DNA from: Nemertoderma westbladi
Lineage: Eukaryota > Animalia > Xenacoelomorpha
NCBI GenBank assembly: GCA_032718475.1
Contig: JAUCBJ010008071.1
Coordinates: 1 to 64,000 of the forward strand
Length of the DNA: 64,000 nucleotides
Reading direction: 5' to 3'
The first letter of the stretch is position 1. Each line of letters opens with the position of its first letter. Below are positions 12,601 to 23,378 of this stretch, piece after piece. A program made the translations under genes and the position numbers. The notes beneath the pieces were generated by a model. It saw nothing but the letters and a program-made list of their open reading frames with translations. It did no database searches and was not told where the DNA came from.

Positions 12601-15600
12601 TTTCCAGTACAAGGTGCGATAACCTCCCTGATCCTCCAGGAGAGATACAATCATCATTAATAATACTGTAAAATATATACCAGAAAGGTTTCCAGTACAA
12701 GGTGCGATAACCTCCCTGATCCTCCAGGAGAGATACAATCATCATTAATAATACTGTAAAATATATACTAGAAAGGTTTCCAGTACAAGGTGCGATAACC
12801 TCCCTGATCCTCCAGGAGAGATACAATCATCATTAATAATACTGTAAAATATATACCAGAAAGGTTTCCAGTACAAGGTGCGATAACCTCCCTGATCCTC
12901 CAGGAGAGATACAGTAATCATTTTTAATAATGTAGAATATATACCAGAAAGGTTTCCAGTACAAGGTGCGATAACCTCCCTGATCCTCCAGGAGAGATAC
13001 AATCATCATTAATAATACTGTAAAATATATACCAGAAAGGTTTCCAGTACAAGGTGCGATAACCTCCCTGATCCTCCAGGAGAGATACAGTAATCATTTT
13101 TAATAATGTAGAATATATACCAGAAAGGTTTCCAGTAAAAGGTGCGATAACCTCCCTGATCCTCCAGGAGAGATACAATCATCATTAATAATACTGTAAA
13201 ATATATACCAGAAAGGTTTCCAGTACAAGGTGCGATAACCTCCCTGATCCTCCAGGAGAGATACAGTCATCATTAATAATACTGTAAAATATATACCAGA
13301 AAGGTTTCCAGTACAAGGTGCGATAACCTCCCTGATCCTCCAGGAGAGATACAATCATCATTAATAATACTGTAAAATATATAACAGAAAGGTTTCCAGT
13401 ACAAGGTGCGATAACCTCCCTGATCCTCCAGGAGAGATACAATCATCATTAATAATACTGTAAAATATATACCAGAAAGGTTTCCAGTACAAGGTGCGAT
13501 AACCTCCCTGATCCTCCAGGAGAGATACAGTCATCATTTATAATACTGTAGAATATATACCAGAAAGGTTTCCAGTACAAGGTGCGATAACCTCCCTGAT
13601 CCTCCAGGAGAGATACAATCATCATTAATAATACTGTAAAATATATACCAGAAAGGTTTCCAGTACAAGGTGCGATAACCTCCCTGATCCTCCAGGAGAG
13701 ATACAGTCATCATTAATAATACTGTAAAATATATACCAGAAAGGTTTCCAGTACAAGGTGCGATAACCTCCCTGATCCTCCAGGAGAGATACAATCATCA
13801 TTAATAATACTGTAAAATATATACCAGAAAGGTTTCCAGTACAAGGTGCGATAACCTCCCTGATCCTCCAGGAGAGATACAGTCATCATTTATAATACTG
13901 TAGAATACTGTATATACCAGAAAGGTTTCCAGTACAAGGTGCGATAACCTCCCTGATCCTCCAGGAGAGATACAGTCATCATTAATAATACTGTAAAATA
14001 TATACCAGAAAGGTTTCCAGTACAAGGTGCGATAACCTCCCTGATCCTCCAGGAGAGATACAGTCATCATTTATAATACTGTAGAATACTGTATATACCA
14101 GAAAGGTTTCCAGTACAAGGTGCGATAACCTCCCTGATCCTCCAGGAGAGATACAGTCATCATTAATAATACTGTAAAATATATACCAGAAAGGTTTCCA
14201 GTACAAGGTGCGATAACCTCCCTGATCCTCCAGGAGAGATACAATCATCATTAATAATACTGTAAAATATATACCAGAAAGGTTTCCAGTACAAGGTGCG
14301 ATAACCTCCCTGATCCTCCAGGAGAGATACAGTCATCATTTATAGTACTGTAGAATATATACCAGAAAAGTTTCCAGTACGAGGTGCGATAACCTCCCTG
14401 ATCCTCCAGGAGAGATACAGTCATCATTTATAGTACTGTAGAATATATACCAGAAAAGTTTCCAGTACGAGGTGCGATAACCTCCCTGATCCTCCAGGAG
14501 AGATACAATCATCATTAATAATACTGTAAAATATATTATACCAGAAGGTTTCCAGTACAAGGTGCGATAACCTCTCTGATCCTCCAGGAGAGGGCACTTT
14601 CCGGAAAAACATCGAGTATGCATGCAGGGTGCATCTGGGTTCTTGTAATGAGGTACAAAATACAATAGGATGATGTGGTGCATCTCATTGCTATCGCGTC
14701 ATATCTAAGATTAAATTATATTAATTAATTTATTAACAACAACTTTGGGCAATTTAATGCCCCCGTTGTACAACAAACAACAACACACAACGAATATTAT
14801 ATATTATATATCTGCACAATCAATAAAAAAAAGGCAATTATAAACAAACGATCATATGGTTAACACCAGGTCCCATTGATCATTAAACAATAATAGTAAT
14901 AGTATATGCAGCACCTAACAATTGAAAAAAAAAAAACAAAAAAAACAATAATAATAATAATTTATGTCACCCCGATTTTTAGCTCTCTCACTTTATTCGC
15001 GCAGAATAGGAACATTGCTATTTTAAAAACAAATTTATTATCGGTAGTGGACATCAAGTGGTTGAATTTATACATTGTTGGAAACCGAGAAAATACTTCC
15101 CTAAATTTTTCGCCCGTAAGTCATTGTAATTTTCACATACCAATAAGGAATGATATTCGTCTTCGATGCACCCGTTGCCACAAACAATGCAAATTCGTTG
15201 TTCCCTGGGAATATTATGCCATCTGCCTGATTCTATTGCAAGGGAGTAGTGGGAGCTACATCGGAAGCCTAAGGCTCAAATGATTGTAAAGCAGTTTGAC
15301 GTATGTGGATGTGGTAAACGTCTCCTTTATGTACAGTATTCCTTTCGGGGAGCGGATAATGGACTGCCTCCATGACTGCTTAAATTGGTCCTTAATGCGA
15401 TTAATAACTGCTAGGAGAAACTGGGTTCTTGAATGTACGCACTGATAGGACCAGGCCCAACTAAAGCCCAGATTGTTCAATACGTCTCTGACTTGTGTTG
15501 CCCAGCATTGGAATCCTCTAGCATCATTAAGTAAGCTTTCTTTAATAAACGAGAATCCGGCAATGCAATTATTTTCAACCAATACTTAATAATGCGGAGG

Positions 15601-18600
15601 TGCCTGCTTGTGTATAATGGGAACTGACCAGACTCACCATAAACCATGAAATTTAGGTCTCTTTCTGACGGCACATAGACAACTTTTCAAAAATTTCAAA
15701 TTGACAAGTTCAATGTCAATTGCTTCCTGGAATCCCCATACCTCACCACCATACTCTAATATAGGCTTTATAAATGAATTAAAAAGAAAAATGGCAACAT
15801 CAAATAACAAACACGGATATTTTACAAACAGTTTAAGCAATGAAAAATATGCTTTTTGTGCCATTTCTGAAAGTACCTTCTGCGCAATGTTAAATTTACC
15901 AGACGAAGAGAAAACAATGCCTAAGTATGTATACTGACTAACTACTTTCAGATATGTTGCTTTATAAGTCCACATAATATCTGAGTTACATAACCCACCA
16001 CCATTATTACGAGAAAAAAAACAATATTTGATTTCTAGGGATTTACTGAAAGGCCCCAATACGTACAGTAGTTTTCTAAAATATATAAAGCACTTTGGAG
16101 TTCGATTGCACTATCTGAAATAATAACAATATCGTCTGCAAACAACAACAAATATAATTTGAGCACCCCAATAGATATTCCGCTGAAACCGCCTAGATAG
16201 ATAGATTTATTTATACATTATGTAAAAACAATAACAAATACACCAAACAATGTACCGGTATAAAGGTATTGTCCAACATAACATATAGGATTACCCCTAA
16301 AGCTTTGCAGCTTATTTCCAAGGGGGTCCTTTATGTTACTTGGTTACAAATACAATATTACACTACGCTAACCTAAAACCAATATAAAACGTAATTACAC
16401 TATGTACATGTACAACTTTAAAAAGCCTAGTGAAAGTTCAGCTTCAAGATCAGATAACTGCCCATTTGAGCGCTCACAGGATCTTACTGAACTGTACAAT
16501 ATACCCTTAATGACATTAAGTAATTTTCCACCGACCCCCAAGGCCAACAGTTTAATCCACAATGCACTCCTATCTACACTATCAAAGGCTTTACGCAGAT
16601 CAATAAATGCACAATAAAGTTTACGTTTATTACTATTGCCTGAAAGAAAATGATCGATCAAGGATTTTGAGATTATCATTTTGTCTACAGTGGAGAATCC
16701 TTGTCTAAAACCACCCTGTGACTCCACTATAATGCCAAATGCATCGGCCCACCACTACTGGAGGCGACGGTGTATCTTAGATGTAAACAATTTACCCAGA
16801 ACACTGAGTAAATTAATAGGTCTATATTTACCGGGGTCTAACTTCTCACCTTTTTCAAACAATATTAAAGTAGCTAACATAGCTATCTTAGCTAAGGGAA
16901 TATTAGTTTGTTTATTCCTAGGTAATTTAAATTATGAGGGGGGGGGGGGGTGGTTGGGTGGTTATTGTGCACAAGGCAGGGTATTGTAGTGCATTGTAGT
17001 GAATTGTAGTGCATACTACTACTACTACTAATAGGTCGAGCGAACTCGGACAGTGGAAATGAGATCCTTCCAGGCTTCCCGATTCTCCAACTACTACTAG
17101 GTCGAGCGAACTCGGACAGTGGAAATGAGATCCTTCCAGGCTTCCCGATTCTACAACTACTACTACTAGGTCGAGCGAACTCGGACAGTGGAAATGAGAT
17201 CCTTCCAGGCTTCCCGATTCTCCATAATTGTTGCAATTTCGTTTCTCACAAGTTCAGTATCCCTTTCAAGTTGATCTATATATGTTATGGCCGGTCGTCC
17301 ACGACTACGCTTTCCATGAGTTGGTTGCCAGAGAAGTAGATCTGGTTTGACCTCGTCTTAACTTCGCCAACTGCCCACTGAATCTTAATCTGCGTGGAGG
17401 GTGGTAATTTCACGGAGGGTGGTTGATACAGGTGGTATTGTACCATAAAGCTCGGCGTTTGTTATGTGTTGTCTCCAGCTGATGTTTAGGGCTGCCCTTA
17501 GTAGTCTTGTGTAGCAACCATCAATTCGTTGTTCAAGTGATTTAGTCAGTGTCCAGGTCTCACCCCCGTATAAAAATACACTTTCCACTGTGGCTCGAAA
17601 GAACTTAGTCTTCAGGTGCCTTGAGAGATCTGATTTCCAGATGGTATCTATTTTTGATAGAGCTACCCAATGATCCTAGGCTATCCATGATCCTAGGTAC
17701 TAAAAGTCATCGACCTTCCTTAGTTGATTATTATCAATGGTTGTCAAGTTTCCATCAACATTAAAGGTCATGAATTCGGTCTTGGTAGCATTTATATGCA
17801 ATACAACCTCCTTAGCAGCCCTCTCCACTTTATTTAGTAGAAGCTGTGCATCTGCTAGCGTATTAGAGAGCAGGGCGATGTCATCCGCAAAGTCGGTGTC
17901 TGTGACTGTATTTGCCGGATATCTACTACTTCTGCGTTCTTGAAGTGTGAATCCCAGATCTTCACCGTTGTAGTGCATTGTAGTGCATTATAGTGCATTG
18001 TATTACATTGTAGTGCATTGCGGTGAATTGTAGTGTATTGTAGTACATGTTAGTGCATTGTAATGCATTGTAGTGCATTGTAGTGTATTGTAGTACATTG
18101 TAGTACATTGTTGTACATTGTAGAGTATTGTAGTGCATTGTAGTACATTGCAATGCATTGTAGTGCACTGCAGCGCATTGTATTACATTGTAGTGTATTT
18201 TGTATTGTAGTGCATTGTAGTACATTGTAGTGCATTGTAGTGCACTACAGTGCATTGTATTAAATTGTACTGCATTGCGGTGAATTGTAGTGAATTGTAG
18301 TGTATTGTAGTGCATTGTAGTACATTGCAATGCATTGTAGTGCACTGCAGTGCATTGTATTACATTGTAGTGTATTTTGTATTGTAGTGCATTGTAGTAC
18401 ATTGTAGTGCATTGTAGTGCACTACAGTGCATTGTATTAAATTGTACTGCATTGCGGTGAATTTTAGTGCATTGTAGTACATTGTAGTGCACTGCAGTGC
18501 ATTGTATTACATTGTAGTGCACTGCAGTGCATTGTATTACATTGTAGTGCATTGCGGTGAATTGTAGTGTATTGTAGTACATGTTAGTGCATTGTAATGC

Positions 18601-19188
18601 ATTGTAGTGCATTGTAGTGTATTGTAGTACATTGTAGTACATTGTTGTACATTGTAGAGTATTGTAGTGCATTGTAGTACATTGCAATGCATTGTAGTGC
18701 ACTGCAGCGCATTGTATTACATTGTAGTGTATTTTGTATTGTAGTGCATTGTAGTACATTGTAGTGCATTGTAGTGCACTACAGTGCATTGTATTACATT
18801 GTAGTGCAATGCGGTGAATTGTAGTGCATTGTAGTGTATTGTAGTGCATTGTTGTGCATTGTGGTGCATTGCTGTGAATTGTAATGCATTCTAGTGCATT
18901 TTAGTGCTGCATTGTAGTGCAATCGGTGAATTTTAGTGCATTATGTGCATTGTAGTGTATTGTAATTTTTCTAGGTCTCTGGATGTGAGTTGGACGGATG
19001 CGGGTAAACGGAAGCGTGAACGCGAAGCAGACCAACGGGTGTTCGAAGCGACGCGAAGTATTCCGGTACACGAACAATGCGATAGATACCACCGCTGCAG
19101 ACAGTGCCAGCGTAAACTCCTTAACCAAGGACACACTAATGTCTGGCTCGAATCAAGATACATTCCGGGTTCTAGAATAATGACGTGA
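386..19188 (+). CDS. CCDC81: Coiled-coil domain-containing protein 81 (CCDC81), complete spliced gene, 10 coding exons, ~650 aa
   Basis: Exons chain in frame with GT-AG introns: 386-680, 2074-2318, 3025-3293, 4060-4194, 6231-6423, 8818-9018, 9461-9580, 9713-9832, 10859-11019, 18975-19188 (sum 1953 nt). Two N-terminal HU-like segments (KGVNINGFGIFTF; GDVPIVPLNY...INLEGIGRF), ACSHTQRAGQELCYCCYQR, coiled coil, and C-terminus EQCDRYHRCRQCQR...TNVW...YIPGSRIM match CCDC81 as I recall it. Confidence 0.92.
793..1325. mobile_element. Foldback/MITE-like element with ~220 bp imperfect inverted arms
   Basis: acgttaagtaaaaacc...cattgaaatga (801-~1018) is the reverse complement of tcatttcaat...ggtgttttacttaacgt (~1101-1318), with a ~80 bp spacer. 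Confidence 0.8.
1455..2092 (+). repeat. Tandem array of duplicated splice acceptor plus exon-2 start (C-tract + caggtgatgtaccaatt)
   Basis: ~17 variable-length copies immediately upstream of the real exon 2 start cag|GTGATGTACCAATT at 2074. Confidence 0.9.
2074..2318 (+). CDS. CCDC81: CCDC81 coding exon 2
   Basis: cag|GT GAT GTA CCA ATT GTC CCA CTG (GDVPIVPL); ends ACT|gttagt. Confidence 0.85.
3025..3293 (+). CDS. CCDC81: CCDC81 coding exon 3
   Basis: ctag|GTG ATG CAG AAA CGA CCG TGG; ends AG|gtaaat. Confidence 0.82.
4060..4194 (+). CDS. CCDC81: CCDC81 coding exon 4
   Basis: acag|G TCT ACT...ATG TCA GCT TGT TCA CAT ACG CAA AG|gtaaat; phases fit both neighbours. Confidence 0.8.
4330..4790. 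repeat. Dispersed repeat family (caggttaca...aaccaaaacaataaacg) plus palindromic ctcagcctaggctgag units
   Basis: Related segments recur at ~6080-6180, ~23820-23870, ~24070-24120 and ~62060-62160; palindromic unit occurs 4 times. Confidence 0.6.
5232..5872. repeat. GC-rich 11-bp minisatellite (gaggagtgccc and variants)
   Basis: Direct tandem repetition; explains the overlapping spurious repetitive ORFs on both strands. Confidence 0.95.
6231..6423 (+). CDS. CCDC81: CCDC81 coding exon 5
   Basis: tgcag|A GCT GGT CAG GAG TTG TGC (RAGQELCYCCYQR); ends AAG|gtttgt. Confidence 0.88.
6987..8468 (+). mobile_element. 5'-truncated RTE-clade LINE (family A), RT ORF 7013-8425, (TAG)n tail
   Basis: RT motifs RGISL, NQNGFR, FVDFFKAFDS, GVLQGDTLAPFLF, DFADD, YLGS and RTE-type C-terminus RLRFAGHCFR; ends cctagtagtagtag; no endonuclease domain. 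Confidence 0.92.
8464..8778. repeat. 13-bp minisatellite (tagtactgtactg)n, ~24 copies
   Basis: Near-perfect tandem array fused to the RTE tail, ending ~40 bp before exon 6. Confidence 0.95.
8818..9018 (+). CDS. CCDC81: CCDC81 coding exon 6
   Basis: tgcag|ATA GCG GCA TTC AAC (IAAFNQGVAEA...YRSFLMPKRPWTPP); ends AAA|gttagt. Confidence 0.85.
9461..9580 (+). CDS. CCDC81: CCDC81 coding exon 7
   Basis: tttag|GAA TTT CTA GAA CGT TTG GAA CAA; ends CAG|gtagag. Confidence 0.85.
9713..9832 (+). CDS. CCDC81: CCDC81 coding exon 8
   Basis: tgcag|ATT CAA ACG AAA (IQTKAAQIP...EPIFG); ends AAG|gtacag. Confidence 0.85.
9832..10530 (+). repeat. 34-bp minisatellite starting at the exon-8 splice donor (ggtacagactagtgttcaatcgggatcccaatat)
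   Basis: ~20 copies, degenerating distally. Confidence 0.92.
10859..11019 (+). CDS. CCDC81: CCDC81 coding exon 9
   Basis: ttcag|GTG CAG GAC GAT TTA; coiled-coil sequence; ends AG|gtaaga. Confidence 0.85.
11057..14593. repeat. 88-bp satellite, ~40 copies, in CCDC81 intron 9
   Basis: Period measured from ccagaaagg at 11091 and 11179; homogeneous units with a few clustered variants. Confidence 0.97.
14830..16900 (-). mobile_element. Degenerate non-LTR retrotransposon (RTEX-like) RT plus C-terminal CCHC, fragmented
   Basis: Minus-strand pieces: QGGFRQGFST, AFIDLRKAFDSV, LFADD (~16140), YTYLGIVFS, PILEYGGEVWG, VYGESGQFPL, KYWLKI, RICIVCG..IEDEYH..VC; many frameshifts; interrupted at ~16195-16430 by another repeat. 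Clade assignment is tentative. Confidence 0.8.
16195..16430 (-). repeat. Retroposon 3'-end fragment with (TATC)n tail; second copy at ~30233-30305
   Basis: tagatagatagatttatttatacattatgtaaaaacaataacaaatacacc shared between the two loci. Confidence 0.6.
17014..17968 (-). mobile_element. 5'-truncated RTE LINE (family B, same as 34244-37787) with triplicated 3' end
   Basis: Near-identical to 36955-37787 in reverse (GEDLGFTLQERRSS...DFADD...ESVFLYGGETWTLTK); small deletions; three tandem 3' termini, each with a (CTA)n tail. Confidence 0.93.
17968..18965. repeat. 10-bp satellite (tgtagtgcat)n with a 534-bp higher-order duplication
   Basis: Identical spurious ORFs at 18050-18235 and 18584-18769 show the 534-bp period; array ends ~10 bp before the last CCDC81 exon. 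Confidence 0.93.
18975..19188 (+). CDS. CCDC81: CCDC81 last coding exon
   Basis: tctag|G TCT CTG GAT...EQCDRYHRCRQCQRKL...SRYIPGSRIMT*. Confidence 0.9.
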
Positions 19189-19236
19189 ATACTGATGTAT
19201 TAGGCCTACTTAAGTATATACTGAATGATATATTTA

Positions 19237-19866
19237 TTTGACCTGGTTTTTTGACATAATTGTGTCACAAACTGCCTAATGAATGAACATTGATTTAGAC
19301 TTTAAAAATAATGTATTCCGTTTATTTGATAACTGTGAGGAGTGGCTCTGTTCCAGACAATGAGAGGGTGGGGGACTTTCAGCGCATTCAAAATTTATCT
19401 GTAATTTGGGTAATTTGTAACTCATGTACTTTGGACCCTTATAATTCCCGAACCACGAGTCTAAATAAAAAACAGATTTCGGATTCCGAATCAGCACACT
19501 CTAGTTACTTTATAAAAATATTTTCAAAAAAATTCTGATAGAGTTTGGTGTTTATCAAAAAATTTAAAAAATTGTTTAACATTTTTAATAAAATATGTGT
19601 AATATTTTAAATCGCGTTTTCGACCATGAAGGATTCACTTTATTGAAAAAGTTTAAAAGTCAAAAATGTTTAGAATCACCGATAATAGGGGAGGGGGGGG
19701 GGGGGGGGGGGGGTAAACAAAATATCGAAATCTACCTTATTCGACCTGGGTTTTGACTTTTGTGTCACAAACTGCCGTAATGAATTAACATTGAGTTAGA
19801 CTTTTAAGTTTAAAAGAATGTATTCCGTTTATTTGATAACTGTGAGGAGTGTCTCTGTTCCAGACA
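19237..19866. repeat. ~125-bp direct repeat pair (19237-19360 and 19741-19866)
   Basis: gacctgg...tgtgtcacaaactgcc...aatgtattccgtttatttgataactgtgaggagtg...ctctgttccagaca occurs twice. Confidence 0.75.
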
Positions 19867-20479
19867 GGGGGGGGGGGGTGGGGGGGGGGACTTTCGACGC
19901 TTTCAAAATGTATCCCTTTCCAGGGGAATAACAGCTGGTTAACAGTTGATGAACAGGAGACACCTCGAGTTTATAGAGGATTCAAGTTTGAATATATGTA
20001 TTGAATTGTATACATTCTTGTGTCTTTGGCTAGTTCTTATGATTTTCATGGAAAAAATTCAAATTTTCCTCCAATTATATTTTCGTGTGATTTAATTTCA
20101 GGAGATAAACGTGAGCTACAGCACGTTCTACCTAGACCATCTACCTAGCAAGTTAGATGGTCTCAATTAGACAGTCTATGTAGATGATCTCACTTGGTGT
20201 TAATAACAACTAGAACGTGCTAGGGTGGAACGTTCTACTTTGAGACCATCAATGTAAGCACGCTATTTGGCTATCAGACTAGGCTAGCGTGCTACTTACG
20301 TTGTCAGGGTTATATTCCTATTTAAGAATAATTCATATTTAATAAAACAATAAGATAACGTTTTAATTAATTGGCTAAAATATTTGTTAATTGTAGAGAA
20401 TGTATTACTTCATCATTTTAATGCCTTCTCTTACAATTATTTATAGGTGAACGCATTAATTGCTAAAATGATAATGACA

Positions 20480-21744
20480 TTTGACAGTGTGGGGCGAGCC
20501 ACGAAGTTGGCGGAGCCTTAGCGAATTGACACTGTTAGGGGGTGGGTCAATTTATGCAAATAGTTGTCGTCGTCGTCGTCGTCGTCGTTGTCGTCGTCGT
20601 CGTTGTCGTCGTCGTTACGATTTTGACATGCTAATAACTTTGTCGGATTTAAAGCTGCCAAGTTGAAAATTTGTAGGTATCAATATGAGCAAAAGTTGAG
20701 ATTTTTGAGAGACTTTCAGACACCATCAGTGCAATGGTCTCCCGCTAGAGGGCCACATGTCTAAACATTAAATGGCCACCCATTTCTTTGCTTTTAATCC
20801 GTTTAAGCTGAAACTTGGGAAGTATGTACTAGACCATTAGCTGTAATTTCAAAGGAGGCTAATCTGTCTGCAGTTCTCCAGTCTGCCGCTAGAGGGCGAA
20901 ATGTCCCGAATGTGAAATTATTCTTCCATTTAGTTGTTTATGATCTGATTACGCTGAAACTTGTCATATATGTACTAGATGACATCCTGAGTCTTTGTGT
21001 GGATTGTAATCGGTCCGAAGTTTTCCAGTCTCCCGCTAGAGGGCCACATGTCTAAACATTAAATGGCCACCCATTTCTTTGCTTTTAATCCGTTTAAGCT
21101 GAAACTTGGGAAGTTGTACTAGACCATTAGCTGTATATTTCAAAGGAGGCTAATCTGTCTGCAGTTCTCCAGTTTGCCGCTAGAGGGCGAAATGTCCAGA
21201 ATGTGAAATTATTCTTCCATTTAGTTGTTTATGATCTGATTACGCTGAAACTTGTCATATATGTACTAGAAGACATCCTAAGTCTTTGTGTGGACAGTAA
21301 TCGGTCCGGAGTTTTCGAGTCTGCCGCTAGAGGGCGAAATGTAGGAAAGTGATAACCTTCGCGAATTCCTTGATCTTAATCTATTTAAGCTGAATTTTGG
21401 AATATACAGTACCGGTATGTACTAGACCACATGCCTCGTCTTTGTGAGGAAGGTGATCGATCCGTAGTTCTTTAATATGCCGCTAGAGGGCTAAATGTAT
21501 GAAAGTGAAAACCTTCCAACATTTCGTTATTTATGATCCGTCAATCGGAAACTTGGTAGATATGTAATAGACCATAGGCTGTGGCTTTGTAGGGAAACTA
21601 ATCCTTCCTTCTTCAGTTACCCAGTCTCCCGCTAGAGGGTTAACGTTTTCCGGGAAAATCTTCTCCTATGTTTTTATAATCCTTTCGAGTTGATACTTAG
21701 CATTAACTCATTTCACGTGCTGCGCGAAGGCCCCACTTCGTGTA
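20480..21744 (+). mobile_element. Helentron-associated/DINE-1-like non-autonomous element with internal ~145-bp tandem units
   Basis: Sub-terminal inverted repeat gtggggc...gccccac, (GTC)n microsatellite near the 5' end, central tandem units each with aaacttg and ccgctagaggg. Confidence 0.7.
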
Positions 21745-23051
21745 TGTATATATATCGGGTTAACTCCTCCGAAACTATAGCTCGTCCGTCAAAGGAAAGT
21801 TATATCAATCGACGCATCTCAACCCCAGGAAGTGAAAAAAAGTTTCGAAAAAAAATATTCAAGTGTCTTTTTTTTATTTCGAAAAATGTCCCCATAAAAC
21901 GATAATTGCTATAGACTCAATTATAGAAACACCAGCTGCTGGTGCTCATGGGGGCCTAATAATGGGACTACTATTGATTGAATGGATAGGCCTACACTGC
22001 AGAGAAGTATATTACTTGCCAAATTATATTACTTTCTCACTCTATTCCGCAAAAGTAATTAATGTATTACCCCGCCAGCTGAATAGCTCTTCACAGTGAA
22101 TCCTATGGGAATATCTATATGGTTACTCACTGCTATGTTAGGTGGGGGGTCAGCTGATTGAATTTTAAGCGCTGGTCCGTTCAAATGTTTTATAGGTTAA
22201 TAATAATGACATGTAGCAGCTGGTATTACTTTCTCTCAGACTGTAAGTTGGGACACAACTACACTACGTTTGTCTATGGACGGTCTTCTTATAGCCAGCT
22301 TGCTAGCTTTTCTAGTTCTTTCAGTATTATGGCACCGAATTCTACTGTAACGCTGAGGAATTAAGATCTGTACCGGTACCACACCGCGGACAGGACTGGT
22401 GTCACTCATTCTGTAGCTGCAGGCCTGCACATATAGGCCCAGTATTTCACTTGCAGGCTCTTCTCGCAGGCATATTTCACTCACTCACTTATACTCTTTC
22501 GTGGAATTATTCCTACTCGCGCCAGCGTGAAGTACCTATAGCTACTTTATTTAAATAGAAATTATAATATAAAATATAAAATATATACAAAAAATATAAA
22601 ATGTAAAATAAATAAATTATAAACAATTTTTACTGAAATAAATATCAATAATATATAGGCCTACACCATGTCCAGGAGTGTAGAGTATTTGCTTAGGTAC
22701 TTAGTCCCCCCAATTGGCAATTATAAGTATTTGGCGTATCACGTTTTACTAATAAATTTATTGCATCATTCAAGATAATTAATAAGAAATTCAGTTTCTT
22801 TCACCTAAACAAGCGTAGCTATTAATCCTCGTTTACAATTCAAAAACTAGAACTAGTTGGCAATCTCCGTTAATGACAGAGTTGAAGTCATACAGGTTTT
22901 TATAGAACAAATATTTGTTGTGAGTGCGGATAAATTGTTCTTGGATAGGTGGTTGCAGATATTGATGAGTCAATCATTAACTAATACTACTCAACTACCG
23001 GTACTTATATTATATTAACTATTATACTCAATGTATCAAATCGTAGATAAG

Positions 23052-23346
23052 TCAGCGGTTTTCACACTCGTTACAACTCAATACATCGACGTGGTTTAAA
23101 GGAAACCTCCCATTGTTTTCGGGGTTGCCATGACAGTATCCAAACGCCCAATCATTATCTATTATTTCAACAATAACAATGTCGTCACCGGAAGAAAATG
23201 TTAATTCATCAATATCGCCAATAAATTCAAACTTAGCAACGGCTCTCCCTATCGCTTTGATCGCTTCATATTCATTAGATTTTAAATTTGTTTTCTGCGT
23301 TTCCTGCGAAAATAATACGATAAATAAATTAGTAAAGATGTCAATA

Positions 23347-23378
<32 letters not shown>

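Noticed and set aside
11057-14593. Regular repeat array resembling CRISPR
   Set aside because: Units are contiguous near-identical 88-mers with no unique spacers, no cas genes, and a eukaryotic intron context
17962-18849. 295-aa Cys/His-rich ORF (MHYNALQCTT)n, and similar ORFs at 8354-8997, 12476-14683, 48251-48799 and 63000-63374
   Set aside because: All are translations of simple tandem repeats
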